From positions 13,173 to 77,172 of the forward strand of contig JAFRJV010000134.1 of NCBI GenBank assembly GCA_017432075.1: 64,000 nt of DNA, in the 5' to 3' direction. Position numbers and translations under genes: made by a program. Shown here in pieces: positions 46,013 to 55,901 of the stretch (within the stretch, counting starts at the first letter, position 1; each line of letters starts with the position of its first letter). Under the pieces are notes generated by a model that was given only the letters and a program-made list of their open reading frames with translations, did no database searches and was not told the DNA's origin. The DNA comes from Mogibacterium sp. Lineage in GTDB: Bacteria > Bacillota > Clostridia > Peptostreptococcales > Anaerovoracaceae.

Positions 46013-47298
46013 AACAGACAGCAAGAATAATATCGACATATTCTGCGGACGTGATGGGCGTATGCTCGGCACTCTTTGAGCTGGGCGGCATGACGGTGAT
46101 GCACGACGCATCGGGATGCAACTCCACCTACACGACGCACGACGAGCCGCGCTGGTACGACATGGACAGCATGGTCTACATATCCGGCATCAGCGAGATG
46201 GAAGCAATAATGGGCGATGATGAGAAGCTCATAAGCGACATCGTCGACGCGGCGGCGGTCCTGAAGCCGGCATTCATAGCGATCGCAGGCACACCTATCC
46301 CGACCATGACAGGCTTCGACTTCGAAGCGGTCGCAGCTGTGATAGAGCAGAGGTCGGGCATACCGAGTTTCGGCTTCCCTACAACGGGAATGAACACATA
46401 CATACACGGGGCATCGATGGCATTCGCAGGTATCGCGGAACGCTTCGTTGATGATCCTGAAGACAGCAAAAGCGGCGGAAGCAATACATTGAATATGTCC
46501 GCGCGCAAACTTGCATCGGTCCTGGACAGCTGCTGCATGCGGCCGAACGGGATCAAGGTCAACGTTCTCGGGCTTACACCGCTCGACTTCTCAGTCAACG
46601 GAACGGATGATTCCATCGTTCAGTGGCTGGAAAGAGAAGGCTTTGAGGTCGTATCGAAGTGGGCGATGGGCAGCAGCCTCGATGAGATAAGACGCTCGGC
46701 CGAAGCAGACGTCAATCTCGTAGTTTCGGCAGCGGGCTATGGTGCAGCCAAAGTGCTTTATGAAAGATTCGGAATGCCGTACGCAATAGGATTCCCTGCA
46801 GGAAATGAATTGCCGGGGCTGCTGGCAGACCGGATAATACTAAGCGTGAAGCAATTCAAAGAGCAGGGCGGAGCAGATTCCTTTGAGGCAGCAGAGATCA
46901 GCGTGGACTCTGGCGTGTTCCTCGACGGAAGCGAAGGCAAAGGCGGAAGCACCTATGAAAAGGGATTTGCAGCCGTTATAGGCGAGGGCATCACATCGCT
47001 TTCTCTCGCAGGCACGATCGAACTCGAGTGCGGGATCCCTGCAAAGGTCCTCTGCGCAACTGAGTGTCCTGAAGACATACTGAGAGAGTGCGACAGAATG
47101 ACTCCCGATGAGGACGACATAATCCCTGAGCTTGAGGGAGCGGCATTCGTCATAGCGGACCCTCTCTACAAACCAATCGTTCCGGAAAGCGCAAAATTCA
47201 TATCGCTTCCGAGCGAGGCTTTCTCGGGCCGCATCTACAGAGACGAGATCCCTGATCTGGTCGAAGACATAAATGAGCTATTAATTAAAATCAAATAA
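46009..47298 (+). CDS. Nitrogenase component-1-type oxidoreductase, NifK/NifN/BchB-like subunit
   Basis: About 430 aa, with ATGA overlap to the D-like gene (an alternative GTG start is at 46000). VMHDASGCNS resembles the HxxxGC of NifK/N. Confidence 0.7.
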   Translation: MKQTARIISTYSADVMGVCSALFELGGMTVMHDASGCNSTYTTHDEPRWYDMDSMVYISGISEMEAIMGDDEKLISDIVDAAAVLKPAFIAIAGTPIPTMTGFDFEAVAAVIEQRSGIPSFGFPTTGMNTYIHGASMAFAGIAERFVDDPEDSKSGGSNTLNMSARKLASVLDSCCMRPNGIKVNVLGLTPLDFSVNGTDDSIVQWLEREGFEVVSKWAMGSSLDEIRRSAEADVNLVVSAAGYGAAKVLYERFGMPYAIGFPAGNELPGLLADRIILSVKQFKEQGGADSFEAAEISVDSGVFLDGSEGKGGSTYEKGFAAVIGEGITSLSLAGTIELECGIPAKVLCATECPEDILRECDRMTPDEDDIIPELEGAAFVIADPLYKPIVPESAKFISLPSEAFSGRIYRDEIPDLVEDINELLIKIK

Positions 47299-47318
47299 AT
47301 CAAAGGAGGTTTCTGATT

Positions 47319-48485
47319 ATGAAGAGTTTTCTGAGTAAGAAGAACAAAACGTTAAAACTGTTTGTGCTTGTCATGGTCTTCGCAATGAGCATGATGGCGT
47401 TCGCGTCCTGCGGCGGAGGCGGCGGAGAAGAAGCTGCCGAGCCTGCTGAGACAGCCGGAACCATCACGATTACAGACCACGCTGACAGACAGGTCGAAGT
47501 CCCGACAGACATCCAGAGGATAGCGGTATGCGATATCTATCCGCTCCCGAGTGTGCTCGCTGTATTCTTCGACTCTGCTGACAAGATCGTAGGCATGCCG
47601 ATGCCGTCGATGACAGCTGCACAGAACGGACTTCTGGGCCAGCTCTATCCTGAGATCCTCAATGCAGAGACAGGCTACATCGAAGACGTGAATGTCAACA
47701 TGGAAGAGCTCGCGAAGCTTGAGCCGGATGTAGTATTCTACAGCGCATCGAGCGCTGAGCTCGGTGACCAGCTTGCCAACGCAGGATTCGCTGCAGTAGC
47801 TATCTCTGTCAACAAGTGGGACTACAACTGTATCGAGACGCTCAACAACTGGATCGCTCTTTTGAGCCAGATGTTCCCTGACAGTGACAAGGCTGCGATC
47901 GTAGAGGAGAAGTCCAACGCGATGTACGACATGGTGCAGGAGAGGGTCAAGAACATCCCTGACGAAGAGAGAGCCAACGCATTCTTCCTCTTCCAGTACA
48001 GCGACACAACACTCCTGACTTCAGGACAGCAGTTCTTCGGTCAGTGGTGGGCAGATGCCATCGGAGCAAAGAACGTAGCGAAGGAGCTTTCGACAGACAA
48101 CTCCGTTGCGGTCAACATGGAGCAGGTATACGGATGGAATCCTGATCTGATCTTCATGACAAACTTCAACGCATACTATCCGGACGATCTGTACAACAAC
48201 ACCGTAGAGGGATATGACTGGAGCGCCGTAAAGGCAGTGCAGGACAAGAGAGTCTTCAAGATGCCGCTCGGCATGTACAGAAGCTACACTCCTGGAGTCG
48301 ACTGCCCGGTCACACTGCTGTGGATGGCAAAGGCTGCATATCCTGAAAAGTTCGAGGACGTTGACGTAATTGCAGAGGCAAAAGCTTACTACAAGGAAGT
48401 CTTCAGCATCGACCTGACCGATGAGCAGGCACAGTCCATATTCGAGCCTGTACAGAGTGCGGGAGAAGGATTTGCATATCAGTAG
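47319..48485 (+). CDS. ABC substrate-binding lipoprotein, periplasmic-binding-protein type (FecB/BtuF/HmuT-like)
   Basis: Lipobox MMAFASC followed by a GGGGGEE linker. RIAVCDIYPLPSVL and PDLIFMTNF are typical of class III SBPs. Confidence 0.85.
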   Translation: MKSFLSKKNKTLKLFVLVMVFAMSMMAFASCGGGGGEEAAEPAETAGTITITDHADRQVEVPTDIQRIAVCDIYPLPSVLAVFFDSADKIVGMPMPSMTAAQNGLLGQLYPEILNAETGYIEDVNVNMEELAKLEPDVVFYSASSAELGDQLANAGFAAVAISVNKWDYNCIETLNNWIALLSQMFPDSDKAAIVEEKSNAMYDMVQERVKNIPDEERANAFFLFQYSDTTLLTSGQQFFGQWWADAIGAKNVAKELSTDNSVAVNMEQVYGWNPDLIFMTNFNAYYPDDLYNNTVEGYDWSAVKAVQDKRVFKMPLGMYRSYTPGVDCPVTLLWMAKAAYPEKFEDVDVIAEAKAYYKEVFSIDLTDEQAQSIFEPVQSAGEGFAYQ

Positions 48486-48489
48486 AAAC

Positions 48490-48503
48490 TGAACGCTTGT
48501 TCT
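48490..48503 (+). promoter_or_regulatory. LexA (Cheo/DinR-type) box upstream of uvrB
   Basis: TGAACgcttGTTCT matches GAAC-N4-GTTC and overlaps the putative -35 element. Confidence 0.5.
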
Positions 48504-48525
48504 GAAAATGTTATTATGATATACT
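48497..48525 (+). promoter_or_regulatory. Putative uvrB promoter
   Basis: TTGTTC, a 17-nt spacer, then TGaTATACT (extended -10). Confidence 0.4.
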
Positions 48526-48530
48526 TTGAT

Positions 48531-48562
48531 CAACCTCTGAAAAGGGGTTGATTATTTTTTTT
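48531..48562 (+). terminator. Terminator-like hairpin between the SBP gene and uvrB
   Basis: CAACCTC-tgaaaa-GGGGTTG, then ATTA and a T8 run. Confidence 0.4.
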
Positions 48563-48583
48563 AAACAAAAGATAATGTGCACC

Positions 48584-50560
48584 ATGGGAAAGTTCGTAGT
48601 TAAAAGTGAATACGCTCCGACGGGCGATCAGCCGCAGGCTATAAGGAAGATCGCTGACGGTATACTTGCGGGGGAGCAGGCGCAGACGCTGATGGGTGTC
48701 ACCGGCTCCGGCAAGACTTTTACAATGGCTAAAATAATCGAAGCCGTGCAGAAGCCGACGCTGGTCATTTCACACAACAAGACTCTCGCGGCACAGCTCC
48801 ACGGCGAGTTCAAGGAGTTCTTTCCTGACAACGCGGTCGAGTATTTCGTTTCATACTACGATTACTATCAGCCGGAGGCGTACGTGCCATCGACAGACCT
48901 GTATATAGAGAAGGACGCCGATATCAATGACGAGATCGACAAACTCAGGCACTCCGCCACTGCGGCACAGCTTGAGAGGCGCGATGTCATAATAGTCGCT
49001 TCGGTCTCGTGTATTTATGGTCTCGGTAGTCCGTCATCGTACCGCAACCAGCTCATAAGCCTCAGGCCGGGCATGGAGATGGACCGCATGCAGCTTCTGC
49101 GCAAGCTCACGGACATCCAGTACACGCGTAATGACATGGATTTTGCGAGAGGTTCTTTCCGTGCAAGGGGAGACATCGTGGATATATATCCGGCGGGCGG
49201 CGAGAGTGCGGTCAGAGTAGAGCTCTTCGGAGACGAAATAGAGAGCATCCGCGAGATCGATCCTCTGACGGGAGAGATCACCGGTACGCGTTCGCACATC
49301 TCGATCTTCCCGGCAAGCCATTACATCACCAGCAGGGAAGACATGCTGCTGGCGGTGGCGTCGATCAGAGAGGAACTGCGCGAGAGACTCGACTGGTTCC
49401 GTTCAAACGGCAAACTGCTCGAAGCCGAGAGGCTTGAGCAGCGCACAAACTACGATATAGAGATGATGATGGAAGTCGGCACCTGTAAAGGCATCGAGAA
49501 CTATTCGAGGCATATCAACTTCCTCAAACCGGGCGAGAGGCCGTACACGCTGATCGACTACTTCCCGGACGGCGACTTCCTTACGATAATAGATGAATCG
49601 CACGCGATGCTGCCTCAGCTCCGCGCGATGTACAACGGCGACCGCGCCCGCAAGGAATCGCTAGTCGAATACGGATTCAGGCTTCCTTCGGCCTTCGACA
49701 ACAGGCCGCTGAAGTTCGAAGAGTTCAACGAACTGACGGGTCAGACTGTCTATGTCTCCGCGACTCCGGCCAAGTACGAGCTCGAAAGATCAGGCGGTGT
49801 CACTGCAGAGCAGCTGATAAGGCCGACAGGACTGCTCGATCCTGAGATCGAAGTCAGGCCGACCAAGGGTCAGATCGATGACCTGATCGGTGAGATAAAT
49901 GAGACAGCCAAAAACGGTGAGCGCGTGCTCGTGACTACCCTCACCAAACGCATGGCCGAAGACCTCACGAAATATCTGCAGGAACAGGGCATCAGAGTAA
50001 GGTACCTGCACTCCGAGATAGACAACTTTGAGAGACTCGAGATCATCCGCGACCTGCGAATGGGCAAGTTCGACGTGCTCGTCGGTATCAACCTGCTGAG
50101 AGAGGGACTCGACCTGCCTGAGGTGTCGCTGATCGCGATACTCGACGCGGACAAGGAGGGATTCCTCAGAACGGAGACCTCGCTCATACAGACAGTAGGG
50201 CGCGCAGCGCGTAACGAACACGGACGCGTCATAATGTACGCTGACTATATCAGCAAGGCGATGCGCGTATGCATAGACGAGACGTCGAGACGCCGCAAGG
50301 TCCAGGACGAGTATAACAAGGCACACGGGATCGTGCCGAAGACCATCGTCAAACCGGTACGCGAGATCGCAAGGGCGACAGCAGAGTACAGCGGCGGAAA
50401 GGATCTGAAGAATCCGAAGGCCATGACTGCGAAGGAGCTTCGCGAGACTATACGCGAAGTGGAGAAGAATATGAAAGAAGCGGCAAAGCAGCTCGACTTC
50501 GAGCGTGCTGCCGAACTGCGTGATATACTATTTGAGCTTAAATCAAGCAGCCGCAGCTGA
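48584..50560 (+). CDS. uvrB: Excinuclease ABC subunit B
   Basis: Start at [20 protein letters not shown], with GVTGSGKTF, helicase motifs and a C-terminal UVR domain. Confidence 0.95.
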   Translation: MGKFVVKSEYAPTGDQPQAIRKIADGILAGEQAQTLMGVTGSGKTFTMAKIIEAVQKPTLVISHNKTLAAQLHGEFKEFFPDNAVEYFVSYYDYYQPEAYVPSTDLYIEKDADINDEIDKLRHSATAAQLERRDVIIVASVSCIYGLGSPSSYRNQLISLRPGMEMDRMQLLRKLTDIQYTRNDMDFARGSFRARGDIVDIYPAGGESAVRVELFGDEIESIREIDPLTGEITGTRSHISIFPASHYITSREDMLLAVASIREELRERLDWFRSNGKLLEAERLEQRTNYDIEMMMEVGTCKGIENYSRHINFLKPGERPYTLIDYFPDGDFLTIIDESHAMLPQLRAMYNGDRARKESLVEYGFRLPSAFDNRPLKFEEFNELTGQTVYVSATPAKYELERSGGVTAEQLIRPTGLLDPEIEVRPTKGQIDDLIGEINETAKNGERVLVTTLTKRMAEDLTKYLQEQGIRVRYLHSEIDNFERLEIIRDLRMGKFDVLVGINLLREGLDLPEVSLIAILDADKEGFLRTETSLIQTVGRAARNEHGRVIMYADYISKAMRVCIDETSRRRKVQDEYNKAHGIVPKTIVKPVREIARATAEYSGGKDLKNPKAMTAKELRETIREVEKNMKEAAKQLDFERAAELRDILFELKSSSRS

Positions 50561-50723
50561 TCCGGAGATATCCCTTCCGGAGTTTATCGCTCATAAGCCT
50601 GCGAGATGATGTTTAAGCTTAAGGGCTGTAAAGTAATATACTGCATAGTGTAATGGCTGCGTTCAACAGCGCTCATTCCGGGCGGGATATACTCCGGCGC
50701 GCGGCTGTAGCCAAAGAATAGAA

Positions 50724-53612
50724 ATGGAAAAAAATATAGTAATCAAGGGTGCTCGTGAGCACAACCTCAAGGGAATAGACGTCACTCTGCCGCGTGACAA
50801 GATGATCGTGCTGACCGGGCTGTCCGGCTCCGGCAAGTCTTCGCTTGCCTTCGACACGATCTACGCCGAGGGGCAGAAGAAGTACGTCGAGTCGCTGTCT
50901 TCGTACGCGAGGCAGTTCCTGGGGCTCATGAAGAAGCCGGACGTGCAGGCCATAGAGGGTCTGTCGCCGGCCATAAGCATCGACCAGAAGACCACCAACA
51001 AGAACCCGAGATCCACAGTAGGAACGGTAACCGAGATATATGACTATCTGAGATTGCTGTACGCGAGGATAGGTATCCCGCACTGCCCTGTATGCGGACG
51101 CGAGATCACCAGCCAGAACATCGACAGCATTATCGAGAACATACAGTCGTATGAAGAGGGAACAAGACTGACCGTTTTTGCGCCTGTCATAAGAGGACGC
51201 AAGGGCGAGCACAGGGCGGTCCTTGACCGCCTGCGCCGCGACGGCTACACAAGAGTGCGCGTCGACGGCGCGATGTCGCGTCTCGACGACGGCGACATCG
51301 AGCTCGCCAAAAACAACAAGCACAACATCGACATAGTCATCGACCGCATCGTTCTCAGAAGTGATAACCGCAGCCGTATCGCGGAAGCTCTCGAGCTCGC
51401 GATCAAGGAAGGCGAGGGCATATGCAGCGTTCTCTTCACGCCAAAGAGAGATAACACGCAGCCTGATGCCGGCGATGCAGACGGAAAGATAATAAAGGAC
51501 GAAGAGCACGAGGCCGTTTACTCTACTAAGTTCTCCTGCCCTGACCACGGCATCGGCATCGAAGAGATGGAGCCGCGCATGTTCTCGTTCAACGCTCCTT
51601 ACGGTGCCTGCGAAAACTGCAGCGGTCTGGGATTCACACTGCGCATCACTGATGACGCCGTGATCACAGACGAAAACAAGAGCATCATAAACGGCGCGCT
51701 GGGTAATGTCTTCTCTACGCTGGACGCGATGGGATTCTACAGGCAGATGCTGAACCGCCTGGCGATAGATCACGGCACGAATCTCAATGTGCCGTTCAAG
51801 GCACTTCCGCCGAAGTTCAAGGACGAACTGCTGCACGGCACGGGTTCGCGCAAGCTTAAATACACTTACGAGAGCCGCAGCGGCCGCGTCTCGCACATGA
51901 ACCACACCTTCGAAGGCATCATCCCGAGCCTCGAACGAAGATGGGGCGAGACGAACTCCGACTTTATCAAAGAAAAGATCAGCGACATGATGACTGAGGA
52001 CGTGTGCCCGGTCTGCAAGGGACGCAAACTCAGGGATACTGTTCTCGCTGTCACTGTCGGTGGCAAAAACATAATGGAACTGACTGATCTTTCAGTCATT
52101 CAGGCGATGGACTTCTTCGAGGAGCTCGATTCGAAGCTTTCGGACAGGGAAAAGAAGATCAGCGCAATGATCACAAAGGAGATCAGGGCGAGACTGAAGT
52201 TCCTCAAAGACGTAGGCCTCGGATATCTCACTCTGAGCCGCACGTCGGCCACTCTTTCCGGAGGAGAGTCGCAGCGCATCCGCCTGGCTACACAGATTGG
52301 ATCAGGCCTCGTTGGCGTGCTCTACATACTTGACGAGCCGTCGATCGGTCTGCATCAGGCAGATAACGACAAGCTCCTCGCGTCGCTCCGCGGACTCACC
52401 GACATGGGCAATACGCTCATCATAGTCGAGCATGACGAAGACACCATGTACGCAGCTGATCACATCGTGGACATAGGACCGGGAGCGGGTGTCAACGGCG
52501 GAGAGCTGGTGGCACAGGGCACAGTCGAGGATATCAAGAATTGTCCTGAATCTATAACGGGCCAGTTCCTCTCTGGCAAGAGACACATCGCGGTGCCTAT
52601 GGTCCGCAGGGATGGAAACGGCAAATACCTTGAGGTGCTTGGCGCAGCCGAGAACAACCTCAAGAACATAGATGTAAAGATACCGGCGGGCAAGCTGGTG
52701 CTCGTCACGGGAGTATCGGGCTCAGGCAAGTCGAGTCTCGTCAATGAGATCCTTTACAAAGGAGTATCGCGCGTCACGAACCGCACGCAGGAGCGTCCGG
52801 GAAAGTTCCGTGAGATCAAAGGCATAGAGAACTTCGACAAGGTCATCAATATCGATCAGTCGCCTATAGGCAAGACACCGCGCTCAAATCCGGCGACCTA
52901 TACCGGAATGTTCACGCATATCCGCAACCTCTTCGCGGAGATGCCTGAGGCCAAGGTAAGAGGCTACAAGGCCGGCAGGTTCAGCTTCAACGTAAAGGGC
53001 GGACGCTGCGAACACTGCAGCGGTGACGGCATCATAAAGGTAGAGATGAATTTCCTGCCAGATGTGTTTGTGCCATGCGAGGTTTGCGGAGGAGCCAGGT
53101 ACAACCACGAGACACTCGAAGTACGCTACAGGGGAAAAAACATTTCAGAGGTCCTCAACATGACGGTCGCGGAGGCGATACCGTTCTTTGAGAACCAGCA
53201 GAGCATACTGAGATATCTGAAGACGCTCGACGATGTCGGCCTCGGCTACATCAGCCTCGGCCAGCCGTCAACACAGCTGTCGGGCGGTGAAGCGCAGAGG
53301 ATCAAACTTGCGACCGAGCTCTCGAAGCGCAGCACGGGCAAGACTCTTTACATCCTCGATGAGCCTACGACAGGACTTCACTTCGCCGATGTAGAGAAGC
53401 TCCTCTACGTGCTCAACAGACTGGTCGATGAAGGCAACACGGTCGTTGTCATAGAGCACAACCTCGATGTCATCAAGCAGGCCGATCACATAATCGACCT
53501 AGGTCCTGAGGGCGGCGATGCCGGAGGACGCATCGTATGCGAGGGTACACCTGAAGAAGTGGCGGAGATCAGCGAGTCAAAGACGGGCCAGTACCTTAAG
53601 CGCATGCTGTAA
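50724..53612 (+). CDS. uvrA: Excinuclease ABC subunit A
   Basis: 962 aa, [16 protein letters not shown]..., with two ABC modules and zinc-finger CxxC pairs. Confidence 0.95.
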   Translation: MEKNIVIKGAREHNLKGIDVTLPRDKMIVLTGLSGSGKSSLAFDTIYAEGQKKYVESLSSYARQFLGLMKKPDVQAIEGLSPAISIDQKTTNKNPRSTVGTVTEIYDYLRLLYARIGIPHCPVCGREITSQNIDSIIENIQSYEEGTRLTVFAPVIRGRKGEHRAVLDRLRRDGYTRVRVDGAMSRLDDGDIELAKNNKHNIDIVIDRIVLRSDNRSRIAEALELAIKEGEGICSVLFTPKRDNTQPDAGDADGKIIKDEEHEAVYSTKFSCPDHGIGIEEMEPRMFSFNAPYGACENCSGLGFTLRITDDAVITDENKSIINGALGNVFSTLDAMGFYRQMLNRLAIDHGTNLNVPFKALPPKFKDELLHGTGSRKLKYTYESRSGRVSHMNHTFEGIIPSLERRWGETNSDFIKEKISDMMTEDVCPVCKGRKLRDTVLAVTVGGKNIMELTDLSVIQAMDFFEELDSKLSDREKKISAMITKEIRARLKFLKDVGLGYLTLSRTSATLSGGESQRIRLATQIGSGLVGVLYILDEPSIGLHQADNDKLLASLRGLTDMGNTLIIVEHDEDTMYAADHIVDIGPGAGVNGGELVAQGTVEDIKNCPESITGQFLSGKRHIAVPMVRRDGNGKYLEVLGAAENNLKNIDVKIPAGKLVLVTGVSGSGKSSLVNEILYKGVSRVTNRTQERPGKFREIKGIENFDKVINIDQSPIGKTPRSNPATYTGMFTHIRNLFAEMPEAKVRGYKAGRFSFNVKGGRCEHCSGDGIIKVEMNFLPDVFVPCEVCGGARYNHETLEVRYRGKNISEVLNMTVAEAIPFFENQQSILRYLKTLDDVGLGYISLGQPSTQLSGGEAQRIKLATELSKRSTGKTLYILDEPTTGLHFADVEKLLYVLNRLVDEGNTVVVIEHNLDVIKQADHIIDLGPEGGDAGGRIVCEGTPEEVAEISESKTGQYLKRML

Positions 53613-53718
53613 ACACATGCAATAACACAAAAACAACATGCCTGCCGTGACGATTTAAAGTATAGTTAAGGCAGGCGTGTTTTATTATAATAAAAACACT
53701 GAAAATACGGAGGCTGCG

Positions 53719-54396
53719 ATGCGCATTTTACTTGCTGAAGACGAGATCGCACTGGCGAAGGTGCTGGTGAAAATATTTGAGAGCAACCACTACTCGATCG
53801 ACGCTGTCCACGACGGACAGGACGCACTCGACTATCTTGAGGCGGGCAATTATGACTGTGCTGTTCTCGATATTATGATGCCTAAAGTCGACGGCATAAC
53901 CGTGCTGAAGAAACTCCGCGCATCCGGATCCGACCTGCCTGTGCTGATGCTGACTGCAAAATCCGAGATAGACGACAAGGTGCTCGGACTCGACAGCGGT
54001 GCAAACTACTATCTGACAAAACCTTTCGACGCCAAGGAGCTCCTGGCTGCGGTCAGGGCGATCACACGCTCGGGCAACGAAGTAGACACAAAGCTGAGCT
54101 GCGGCAACCTCACGCTCGACAGGGCAAGTTTCGAGATGTCGACTCCTGCAGGATCGGTCAAGCTGGCCAACAAGGAATTCCAGATGATGGAGCTCCTCAT
54201 GGCAAAGCCGGGCAACATCATTTCCGTAGATACATTCATGGACCACATCTGGGGCTACGACACCGATACGGAAAGCAACGTGGTGTGGGTCTATGTGTCA
54301 TACCTCAGAAAAAAGCTGTCTGCTCTGAATGCAGACGTGAAGATAAAAGCGACACGAAACGCCGGCTACTCGATCGTGCCTGCTGAAGCAGAATAG
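53719..54396 (+). CDS. OmpR/PhoB-family response regulator
   Basis: Start at MRILLAEDE. Receiver domain with LDIMMPKVDG (Asp) and a winged-helix C-terminus, VWVYVSYLRKKL. Confidence 0.9.
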   Translation: MRILLAEDEIALAKVLVKIFESNHYSIDAVHDGQDALDYLEAGNYDCAVLDIMMPKVDGITVLKKLRASGSDLPVLMLTAKSEIDDKVLGLDSGANYYLTKPFDAKELLAAVRAITRSGNEVDTKLSCGNLTLDRASFEMSTPAGSVKLANKEFQMMELLMAKPGNIISVDTFMDHIWGYDTDTESNVVWVYVSYLRKKLSALNADVKIKATRNAGYSIVPAEAE

Positions 54397-54416
54397 AAAA
54401 GCCGGAAAATCTAAAA

Positions 54417-55805
54417 ATGATAAAGAAACTCAAGATCAGATTCATAGTGCTTGCGATGGTATCCCTGACAGTCCTGCTGTCAGTTATTGTCGCGGGCATG
54501 AACATGATCAACTACAGTAAAGTTGTAAGCGATGCCGACACAAAGCTTGAGGTCCTTGAGGAGAACTCCGGCAGGATCATGCTTGAAGACAAGCTCAATC
54601 CGTTCAGGGATTTTGATGAATTCTTTTTTGATGAAGGCGATGGAGTTCTGTACGGACGCAGAGGACCGGGCGGCCATCACATGACACAGGACGAGGCTGA
54701 GGAATCCAGGTTCTTCATGGTATCTGTTGACGAAAGCGGATCCGTGCTGCAGACATATACGGACAGGATCTCCGCGGTGGACACTGATGAAGCTGCAAAG
54801 TACGCGGTCAAGGCGCTTTCTTCCGGAAAGGAAAAAGGCTTTGTAGAGGAATTCAGATACGCCGTGAGCGGCTCTGCCGGTAACACAACGATCGTTTTCC
54901 TGGACTGCGGAAGAACACTTGGGTCATTCCGGTCTTTCCTGGGGGCGAGCATACTGATGTCGCTGGCCGGCCTGATCGCAGTATTTTTTGTGATCCTGTA
55001 CTTTGCCGGCCGCATTGTGAGACCGGTTGCAGAGAGCTACGAAAAACAGAAGCGCTTCATCACGGACGCCGGTCATGAGATCAAGACCCCTCTGGCTATA
55101 ATCAAGGCCAATGTCGACCTCATGGACATGGAAATAGACAGCGAGGCAGAGAACAAAGGCGGTGAGAGCATCTCGTATGACATGGCGAACAGCCTCAGGG
55201 AAAACCTGGGAGACATAAACGATCAGATCACCAGACTCACGGGTCTGACCAACGATCTTGTATATCTTTCACGCATGGAGGAAGCTGACAACAGCCTCGT
55301 GATGACGGACGTACCTTTATCTGACATCGTCAGCGAGTCGATTGAATCGTTCGAGTCGCTCGCATGGGAGAGAGGCAAGGCTATCTCAGGCGATATAGCT
55401 CCTGATGTCACCGTGAAGGGCAGCACAAAGGAGCTCGAAAAACTCATGTCCATACTCCTCGAGAATGCCATAAAGTATTCTAAACCTCCGCGCGTAATAA
55501 ACTGCGGTGAGGATGAAGACGGAATGCCGGCACCTCCTGGGATCGATGTCATTCTCCGCAAGGAGGGACGGAGCGCAGTGCTGGAGGTCCGCAACGAGAC
55601 TGAAAGCGAACTCACAAACGAGATGCTGTCACATGTATTTGAGCGGTTCTACCGTACAGACAGCTCCCGCAATTCCGCGACCGGCGGTCACGGCATCGGG
55701 CTTTCGATGGCAAACGCCATAGTTAACGCTCACAACGGAAAGATCACCGCTCATACAGACACAGGCCGTGAATTCATAGTCACGGCGACCCTCCCGCTGC
55801 AGTAA
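54417..55805 (+). CDS. Sensor histidine kinase (2 TM, HisKA + HATPase_c)
   Basis: H-box FITDAGHEIKTPLA, N-box LLENAIKYS and G-box GGHGIGLSMA. Confidence 0.9.
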   Translation: MIKKLKIRFIVLAMVSLTVLLSVIVAGMNMINYSKVVSDADTKLEVLEENSGRIMLEDKLNPFRDFDEFFFDEGDGVLYGRRGPGGHHMTQDEAEESRFFMVSVDESGSVLQTYTDRISAVDTDEAAKYAVKALSSGKEKGFVEEFRYAVSGSAGNTTIVFLDCGRTLGSFRSFLGASILMSLAGLIAVFFVILYFAGRIVRPVAESYEKQKRFITDAGHEIKTPLAIIKANVDLMDMEIDSEAENKGGESISYDMANSLRENLGDINDQITRLTGLTNDLVYLSRMEEADNSLVMTDVPLSDIVSESIESFESLAWERGKAISGDIAPDVTVKGSTKELEKLMSILLENAIKYSKPPRVINCGEDEDGMPAPPGIDVILRKEGRSAVLEVRNETESELTNEMLSHVFERFYRTDSSRNSATGGHGIGLSMANAIVNAHNGKITAHTDTGREFIVTATLPLQ

Positions 55806-55812
55806 AGTCAGT

Positions 55813-55839
55813 CCCTGCTGAAAAAGCAGGGGCTTTTTT
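55813..55839 (+). terminator. Rho-independent terminator after the kinase gene
   Basis: CCCTGCT-gaaaa-AGCAGGG, then GC and TTTTTT. Confidence 0.65.
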
Positions 55840-55845
55840 CATTTA

Positions 55846-55878
55846 CTTAAGTTTGATTTAAGTTTCGCCCGTTATCAT
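55846..55878 (+). promoter_or_regulatory. Direct-repeat (OmpR-type) box plus -10, module 1, upstream of the VTC gene
   Basis: CTTAAGTTTgaTTTAAGTTT (two 9-mers, 11-bp phasing), then 7 nt, then TATCAT. An RBS and ATG follow at a suitable distance. Confidence 0.55.
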
Positions 55879-55901
55879 AGGCACTGTAAGGAGGAAGTGC
55901 C

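Noticed and set aside
43878-47298. A genuine nifHDK nitrogenase (N2 fixation) cluster
   Set aside because: The D-like and K-like proteins are only about 456 and 430 aa. I could not find FeMo-co-type ligands. No nifB/E/N/V/X or Mo transport genes are present, and the genes are embedded in a chelate-type ABC importer operon. I treat it as a nitrogenase-like paralogue instead.
50673-51905. A 410-aa ORF antisense to uvrA. Similar cases are 10377-11066 versus panE, 14063-14854 versus purC, 44486-45421 versus the nifD-like gene and 35774-36589 versus the acyl-CoA ligase.
   Set aside because: All are embedded opposite strongly supported genes, are Arg/Val/Asp-rich as expected for antisense frames of GC-rich third-position coding, and lack start-site signals.
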